Shown here: positions 1 through 5,227 of the stretch, piece by piece | How positions within the stretch are numbered: position 1 is the first letter of the stretch | Layout: every line of letters begins with the position of its first letter | NCBI GenBank assembly: GCA_022646745.1 | Contig: CP060262.1 | Location: 1,920,001-1,952,000, forward strand | Direction: 5' to 3' | DNA length: 32,000 nucleotides | Source: Planctomycetales bacterium | GTDB lineage: Bacteria; 4484-113; JAFGCY01 | Made by a program: the position numbers and the translations under genes | The notes under the pieces: generated by a model | The model's input: the letters and a program-made list of their open reading frames with translations, nothing else | The model's database searches: none | What the model was told of the DNA's origin: nothing

Positions 1-40
1 CCCTTCCAGCATCAAGTGAAACTGCCCGCGATTAGCGCGC

Positions 41-67
41 AAAAAAATGCCCCGGAAAACCCGGGGC
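41..67 (-). terminator. Intrinsic terminator after the sigma/anti-sigma operon
   Basis: On the minus strand: stem GCCCCGG, loop GTTTT, stem CCGGGGC (67..49), followed directly by ATTTTTTT (48..41). It lies about 55 nt 3' of the anti-sigma stop at 122. Confidence 0.7.
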
Positions 68-121
68 AATAATTGCTGTGGATTCCGGACCAGAACAGGA
101 TCCGGAGGATTGCTTACTTGT

Positions 122-883
122 TTAGGGGCGGCTGAAGCGGATAAGCAGGTCGATACGGCCCTGCGGATGGTTCACCGCGTATTCATTGACGCTGACCTTG
201 GAACCGTCAGCGAGCTCGATGGCGGGGCTGCCACTGCCGGGATAACCGGCGGCGATCGCCTGGATCTCGGTCAGGCTGGCCGCGTCAGCACGGATGCTGA
301 ACTCGGTCGGCAGCCCACCGGGGAAGGTATAGCTGTAACCATTGGGACCCTTGGCACAGACGGCGCCCTCGAACACGCCGAGCTGGCGGTCGAGCTGGTC
401 CACCAGCTGCATTGCGTTGCGGCTGGCACCGTTCTCGGCACGCTGCAGGGTGCTGTTGAGGAACTGGCTGCTTGAGGCGTTGATCAGGATCTCACTGGAG
501 CTGTCCTGGCCGTTGAAGCCGGAAGCCACGCCGACGTTGTTCACGCCCGGGCGGTCCATGGCACGATCGTAGATGAACTGGCCGAAGGCCAGGCCGACCA
601 CGATCAGGGCCACCAGCATGGAACCCGCGAAAGCACGCTGCGGGGTGAAGTTGAAGCGCTGCTGGGGCTCGATGCGCTCCATCAGCTTCGCGCGGAATGC
701 GCTGGGATGTACCTCAACCTCGGGGCCGCTGGACATCAGCAGGCCGATACGGCGCATCTGCTCATACTCGCGGCGCAGCTCAGGGTCCTGGGCCATCAGG
801 CGCTCGAACTCCGCCTTGTCGGCGAGTCCGATCTCCCCGTCCAGGTACTCATTGAGCCATCGTTTTGCCTTTGCTCGATTCAC
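122..883 (-). CDS. Membrane-anchored anti-sigma factor (non-zinc type)
   Basis: 253 aa. The GTG start overlaps the sigma stop (GTGA at 880-883). The N-terminal 50 aa follow the anti-sigma N-domain pattern (WLNEYLDGEIGLADKAEFERLMAQDPELRREYEQMRRI) but lack the Cys/His zinc ligands. One TM helix (FAGSMLVALIVVGLAFGQFIY) precedes a roughly 150-aa extracytoplasmic domain. The position immediately 3' of an ECF sigma gene is typical. Confidence 0.65.
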   Translation of the reverse strand: MNRAKAKRWLNEYLDGEIGLADKAEFERLMAQDPELRREYEQMRRIGLLMSSGPEVEVHPSAFRAKLMERIEPQQRFNFTPQRAFAGSMLVALIVVGLAFGQFIYDRAMDRPGVNNVGVASGFNGQDSSSEILINASSSQFLNSTLQRAENGASRNAMQLVDQLDRQLGVFEGAVCAKGPNGYSYTFPGGLPTEFSIRADAASLTEIQAIAAGYPGSGSPAIELADGSKVSVNEYAVNHPQGRIDLLIRFSRP

Positions 884-1497
884 GCTATGTTCACCTTCTG
901 CCTTACAAGATCGCGGGCACGGCTGATCCGTGACTTCACGGTGCCGATTGAAATGCCGAGGATCTCAGCCACTTCCTCGTAGCTGAGTTCGTTGATCTCA
1001 CGCATGATGAGGATCGTCCGGTATATCTCCGGCAGGCCCCGCACCGCCTCCATGATGTCCTGGACCAGCTTGCGCTGCTCCACCGTTTTTGCGGGGTCGT
1101 AAGTGGCATCCGGCAGGGTGTCGAGGATCTCGAAGTTCTTCTCCTCGCTCGGTGCCTGCTTCGGCGCGGACACGAACATCCGGCTGAAGCTGGAACGCCT
1201 GCGGGCATGGGTCCGGCAGTAGTTGAGCACGATCTTGTAGATCCAGCTCTCCAGGCTTGCATTGCCCTTGTACTTGCCGATGAACTTGTAGATCCGGACG
1301 AAGATCTCCTGGGCCACGTCCTCGATCTCGTCTATATCACCGAGGTGCTGGTAGACGAGGTTGAACACGTAGCGCTGGTACTTCGACACGAGCTCATCAA
1401 AGGCCCGGTGGTCGCCCTGCTGGCATCGCACGATCAGCTCACTCACCTCGGGGGAGTTGTAAGCCAGATATGCATCTGCCATAGCTGCCACTAACAC
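880..1497 (-). CDS. ECF-type RNA polymerase sigma-70 family factor
   Basis: 205 aa. Region 2 is present (FDELVSKYQRYVFNLVYQHLGD...DVAQEIFVRIY), as is the region 4 HTH (LSYEEVAEILGISIGTVKSRISRARDLV). The listed start at 1497 is GTG. An in-frame ATG at 1482 (MADAYLAY...) is an alternative start. Confidence 0.9.
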   Translation of the reverse strand: MLVAAMADAYLAYNSPEVSELIVRCQQGDHRAFDELVSKYQRYVFNLVYQHLGDIDEIEDVAQEIFVRIYKFIGKYKGNASLESWIYKIVLNYCRTHARRRSSFSRMFVSAPKQAPSEEKNFEILDTLPDATYDPAKTVEQRKLVQDIMEAVRGLPEIYRTILIMREINELSYEEVAEILGISIGTVKSRISRARDLVRQKVNIA

Positions 1498-1501
1498 CTT
1501 A

Positions 1502-1532
1502 TTTGAGACTCAGCTGCGGCGAACGGGTTCCC
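1502..1532 (-). promoter_or_regulatory. Candidate autoregulated ECF-type promoter (GGGAAC-N18-TCTCAAA)
   Basis: The minus strand reads GGGAACCCGTTCGCCGCAGCTGAGTCTCAAA (1532..1502). It has a GGAAC -35 core, and the -10-like TCTCAAA ends a few nt before GTG 1497. If real, this favours ATG 1482 as the start. This is a pattern match only. Confidence 0.3.
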
Positions 1533-1593
1533 TAAATCTTCAACATTATTCTGGATGTCCCCCGACAGCGGGCGATAGATTTTAACCGAGCAA

Positions 1594-1674
1594 TTCAGGG
1601 ACGCGGAGAAGGGGGGGGTTATTCAGGGACCAGGGACCGGGGATCAGGGAACGGGGAACAGGGAACAGGGAACG
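1594..1674. repeat. Heptanucleotide tandem tract (unit CAGGGAA/C) with adjacent G8 run
   Basis: cagggac at 1596-1602 and a G8 homopolymer at 1611-1618. Seven in-register heptamers follow at 1624-1672: cagggac cagggac cggggat cagggaa cggggaa cagggaa cagggaa. Confidence 0.85.
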
Positions 1675-1835
1675 TGTTGGAGGTGCGCAATCACGCCTGC
1701 GGCGTGACGTACAAAGGGGTGCTGGAGCAGTCTGAATAGTCCGGATAGTCTGAAAAGTGGAAGAAGTGGTTAGTTCTTAGTAGCGGCTGCACCTTGCAGC
1801 CGGACATCAGTAGTAGCAGCGGCGCCCTCGCCGCT

Positions 1836-1870
1836 GGAGCCGCGAAGCGCAGCTTCGGCTTCGCTTCCGC
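1836..1870 (+). repeat. REP-like hairpin element, copy 1 (short form)
   Basis: ggagccgcgaagcgcagcttcggcttcgcttccgc. It shares ggagccgcgaagcgcagcttcg and cggcttcgc with copy 2. The core hairpin is cgaagc-gca-gcttcg. Confidence 0.6.
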
Positions 1871-1910
1871 AACACAGCTCAGCCAGCCCGATCCGTGCTA
1901 GCCTGAAAGA

Positions 1911-2423
1911 ATGATCAAGCTATACAGATTCCTGCTGGATGTATTGCTCGTTGCCGGCCTCACGGTGCTGGTCTCCGGCTGCCCTGCAGGCACAGGCAAG
2001 ACTGCAACATCCGGTTCTGCTCCGCAGCTGCCTGCATCATGGCCCCTGCCGATTCTCACGCTGCCTCCCGGCGCAGTTGAGAATCCGCTGGGAGTATCAA
2101 TGGGCGTCAGCGGGATGGAAAGCACGATCGAAAAAGCCGGTGTCGGTGATGACGACGGCCTGCTCTGGGCGGTCGGCTTCAGGACGGACGGGACATTTGC
2201 AGATGTGAAACAGCATGTTGAATCGTGCTTGGACATGACAAAGTTCAGCCAGATCCGCGAATCTGATTCTGAGGGCAGGCATGTGGTCGACTGGGAATCC
2301 GCCGATGGGAAAACCCACGTCCAGCTATTCCACTCGGAGAAGAACATGGTCAATAGTGGCAAGGGTGTCATAGGGATGACCAGCTACCCTGGCTACAAGC
2401 TTGAAGTTACCGTGATGAAGTAA
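1911..2423 (+). CDS. Hypothetical lipoprotein
   Basis: 170 aa. Signal peptide with lipobox LVSGC (Cys24). No domain recognised. Divergent from the ECF sigma operon. Confidence 0.7.
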   Translation: MIKLYRFLLDVLLVAGLTVLVSGCPAGTGKTATSGSAPQLPASWPLPILTLPPGAVENPLGVSMGVSGMESTIEKAGVGDDDGLLWAVGFRTDGTFADVKQHVESCLDMTKFSQIRESDSEGRHVVDWESADGKTHVQLFHSEKNMVNSGKGVIGMTSYPGYKLEVTVMK

Positions 2424-2425
2424 AC

Positions 2426-2490
2426 GGGGGAGCCGCGAAGCGCAGCTTCGCTGGCTTTGCCGCTTGAGCTTGCGCAGTTTCGGCTTCGCC
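2426..2490 (+). repeat. REP-like hairpin element, copy 2
   Basis: gggggagccgcgaagcgcagcttcgctggctttgccgcttgagcttgcgcagtttcggcttcgcc starts 2 nt after the lipoprotein stop. The stem is agccgcgaagc / gcttcgc(t)ggct around loop gca. It is collinear with copy 3 at 8238-8301. Confidence 0.65.
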
Positions 2491-2600
2491 TATGTATTCT
2501 AGATAGAAGTTATTGTAATGTAAAAGAAGAAGAGTCGATTTTGGCAAAACTTCGGGGCTGAACCATTTCCCTATACATTAGTGATCTAACACTACCTAGA

Positions 2601-3467
2601 TCAAATCTGGATCAATACAAAAGCTGTGCTCCAGTACTTTTCAGGCACCGAGACTTTTTCCGCCCTAAAATGAAGTCTGTTTGGTCTAGCATGTGAACTG
2701 ACTAATCGCAATACTAGGCTACGCACTGGTGTCTTTTTGTTAGAATCAAGGAAAATAACAATTCCAACCATGTCAGGTTCGATTCTTTCAGTTTCGCACG
2801 TCACTGAGATGTCAGCAAAATTCCGCGGATTTGGTTCATTGCTATATGCATCAGAGTTAATTGTGATTTTGTCATATGTGCAATCTACATGATTGTCTGG
2901 AGTATAGGACAAGAAGCTATTGGGTGCTGCAGTTGCCGATTTGACAAAAGCAGCTCCGTTAATCCAATTCCATAACACGTTTGTACATGTGTATCCAACG
3001 CGAGGTTCTCCTTCGCTCTTTAAGATCATTGTTCTTGTCAACAGCCCCTTTTCCAATAGAGATTGACAAGCAGGGTCATTGCCGGCTCTGTATAGAGTTC
3101 GTTGATTAAATCGCGCAAAGGTCGCAACCAATTCTTTCTCTTCTGGTGAAAAAACTTTGTAATCAGACCACAATCTCCATGAAGAAATGATGCTCTTGAG
3201 CCAATCCCAAATGTTGCCAGCAATGAAGAAAATCCACTGCATACCAAGAACGAAACTAGAAGCTAGTACACCTAGTACAATGGGAGAAATGCTCTCAATC
3301 TGAGGCCACATGTGTGGCATTACAGTTGATGAATCATCTAGGGTGATTCCAGGTACTGCATATGGAAATTTGACAATCAGGTACAGCAAGAAGAGGCCTG
3401 ACGATAAGAAGGCAAATTGAGTTAGTGGATTAATCTGCTTGATTTCCTTCAGGATATCTAAGTTCAT
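2601..3467 (-). CDS. Hypothetical two-TM membrane protein in an AT-rich islet (possible SieB-like core)
   Basis: 288 aa. Good SD (GGAGAAG 7 nt before the ATG). Two N-terminal hydrophobic helices (LTQFAFLSSGLFLLYLIVKF; ISPIVLGVLASSFVLGMQWIFFIAGNIW). These are followed by FSPEEKELVATFARFNQRTLYRAGNDPACQSLLEKGLL and a roughly 140-aa C-terminal domain with no recognised motif. G+C is much lower than in the flanks. Confidence 0.7.
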   Translation of the reverse strand: MNLDILKEIKQINPLTQFAFLSSGLFLLYLIVKFPYAVPGITLDDSSTVMPHMWPQIESISPIVLGVLASSFVLGMQWIFFIAGNIWDWLKSIISSWRLWSDYKVFSPEEKELVATFARFNQRTLYRAGNDPACQSLLEKGLLTRTMILKSEGEPRVGYTCTNVLWNWINGAAFVKSATAAPNSFLSYTPDNHVDCTYDKITINSDAYSNEPNPRNFADISVTCETERIEPDMVGIVIFLDSNKKTPVRSLVLRLVSSHARPNRLHFRAEKVSVPEKYWSTAFVLIQI

Positions 3468-3770
3468 GTTTGCTTCTCCAAAAATATCTAATTTACAATT
3501 TTCTCAACTTCATTCTTGCAGATTGAGGACAGCCAAGCAGTTCATGGAAGCCAAGTTCCATAAGATGGAACGCTGATTATTCGATCGTACAATGATTCTA
3601 AGGGCAACTCAAGTGCTTGAATCTAGGAATATCTCGCATTTAGCATAACATTGTAGTCAAACATTTCGACATACGGATTGGAAATCTTGAACAGTTTCAA
3701 TTTGATGAAGTGTGTGCCCTCATCACCTACTGCTAGAGAAGGTATCACAACCGCAACCAACAATCTTCAA

Positions 3771-3787
3771 TCCCGCAAAGGGCGGGA
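3771..3787 (-). terminator. Possible terminator hairpin after the AAA+ ATPase gene
   Basis: The minus strand reads TCCCGC-CCTTT-GCGGGA followed by TTGAAGATTGTT. It lies about 39 nt 3' of the stop at 3826. The stem is short and the U-tract is imperfect. Confidence 0.35.
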
Positions 3788-3825
3788 CTGACCTCCGCGC
3801 CTCGCTACACCCTACAAATGAGGTC

Positions 3826-5163
3826 CTAGTACCTCAGGATGATTTCCGTGCGCTGGTTCTTCATCGGCAGCTTGCGCTTGCGGCCGCCCTGCTCATTGCT
3901 GCGCGGCGTGCGGTAGAACACGATCTCGCTCTTGGGGGTGATCCCGTCGCTGGCCAGCTCGTCCGTCTCCTGGATGCGGGCCTCCAGCAGGTCGCCCTCG
4001 TGGATCAGGCCGTAGGCATGCAGCTCGGCCACTTTGGTATCGATGTACTTCTCCACAGCGCGTACCAGCGGGCGCACACCGAGCTCGCGGTCCATCCCAC
4101 GGTCCACCAGCCAATCACGCACCTCGTCATTGAGCTGCAGCGTGAAGCCGAGGCCCGCGAAGCGCTCGGCGGAGATGTTGAGCAGCTTCTGCAGGATCTT
4201 GTACAGGCTTGGACGGTCCAGCGCACGGAACACGATGAACTCCGTCAGTCGGTTGCGGAATTCCGGCGTGAAGATGTTCTTCATCGCCTCCTTGGCCGCG
4301 ACGTAGATCTGCTGGTCGCTGCGGATCTCGGCCACGCTGTCCGTGTTGCGGAAGCCGATGCGGTTCTGGTGCAGGATCTTCTCGATGTCGCCGGCGCCGA
4401 CGTTGGAGGTCATGATCACGATGCAGTCCTCGAAGCTGACCTCGCCGGGGTCGTCCTTCGTGCGGCGCGCGAGCGTGATACGGCCCTCGTCCATGATCTG
4501 CAGCAGCAGGTTGTGCAGGCGGAAGTGCGCCTTCTCGATCTCATCAAACAGGATCAGGCGGTTCGTCGTGCCCTCCACGTTTTCCTTGGAGAGGATGGCG
4601 GGCAGGTCGGAGCCGATGTAGCCGGGAGGGGCACCGATCAGGCGGGCGATGGCATGCGGCTCGCTGTATTCGGAGCAGTCAACCTTGAGGATCGCGCGCC
4701 AGTCGTTGTGCAGCGCCTTGGCCAGCGCGCGCACGGTTTCGGTCTTGCCGACGCCGGTCGGGCCGGCGAAGAACATGGTGGAAATCGGGCGGCCGGATGT
4801 ACGGAAGCCCTCGCGGGAACGCAGCAGCGCCCGCGCGATGGCGTCGATCGCGCGCTCCTGGCCGATCACCTCGCGGTGCAGCACCTCGATGATGTCGTCA
4901 ACGGGGCTGCGCGCACCGGGCGGGATGATGATCGGGATGGTGGCCTCGTAGTCGGTGATGATGCCGCCGCCGTTCTTCAGGCCGGGGTTGCCGGCATCCG
5001 CTTCGGCACCGGATTCCGCACTGGCGGCGAGCAGCTCCTGCTCCTCCTCGACGGCTTCTTCCTCGACCAGCTCATCATTGACGGACTCACCCAGGCCCTT
5101 GTCATCCTTGAGAGGCTTCTTCGGCGCGCCCTTCTTGCTGTCACTGTTTTTCTTTCCCGGCAT
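3826..5163 (-). CDS. Single-module Clp/Hsp100-type AAA+ ATPase (ClpA/B D2-like only)
   Basis: 445 aa. Walker A GPTGVGKT, pore-loop-like GAPPGYIG, Walker B LILFDEIEKA, sensor-1 IVIMTSN, Arg-finger region FTPEFRNRL and sensor-2 GVRPL in a D2-small-like C-terminus. The N-terminal ~75 aa are a K/E-rich low-complexity region. No D1 module or N-domain. Confidence 0.85.
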   Translation of the reverse strand: MPGKKNSDSKKGAPKKPLKDDKGLGESVNDELVEEEAVEEEQELLAASAESGAEADAGNPGLKNGGGIITDYEATIPIIIPPGARSPVDDIIEVLHREVIGQERAIDAIARALLRSREGFRTSGRPISTMFFAGPTGVGKTETVRALAKALHNDWRAILKVDCSEYSEPHAIARLIGAPPGYIGSDLPAILSKENVEGTTNRLILFDEIEKAHFRLHNLLLQIMDEGRITLARRTKDDPGEVSFEDCIVIMTSNVGAGDIEKILHQNRIGFRNTDSVAEIRSDQQIYVAAKEAMKNIFTPEFRNRLTEFIVFRALDRPSLYKILQKLLNISAERFAGLGFTLQLNDEVRDWLVDRGMDRELGVRPLVRAVEKYIDTKVAELHAYGLIHEGDLLEARIQETDELASDGITPKSEIVFYRTPRSNEQGGRKRKLPMKNQRTEIILRY

Positions 5164-5227
5164 ACCTTATAGATACCCGATGCCCGGGAAATTCGACCTG
5201 AAGTACAAGTGGAATAACGGTGAAGGG

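Noticed and set aside
1611-1618. The G8 homopolymer as a slipped-strand phase-variation switch.
   Set aside because: It is intergenic, more than 100 nt from the sigma start and about 300 nt from the lipoprotein start. It is not positioned between recognisable -35 and -10 elements. A single sequence gives no evidence of length variation.
2491-3720. The AT-rich islet as a prophage remnant or integrative element.
   Set aside because: There is no integrase, recombinase, tRNA target or flanking direct repeats. Only one ORF is present. I treat it as a compositional islet of unknown origin.
3712-5172. 486-aa plus-strand ORF.
   Set aside because: It is antisense to the Clp-like ATPase gene. Its composition is the Ala/Leu/Val/Asp/Arg-rich pattern typical of shadow ORFs in high-GC DNA. 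It has no motifs, whereas the minus strand carries complete AAA+ signatures.
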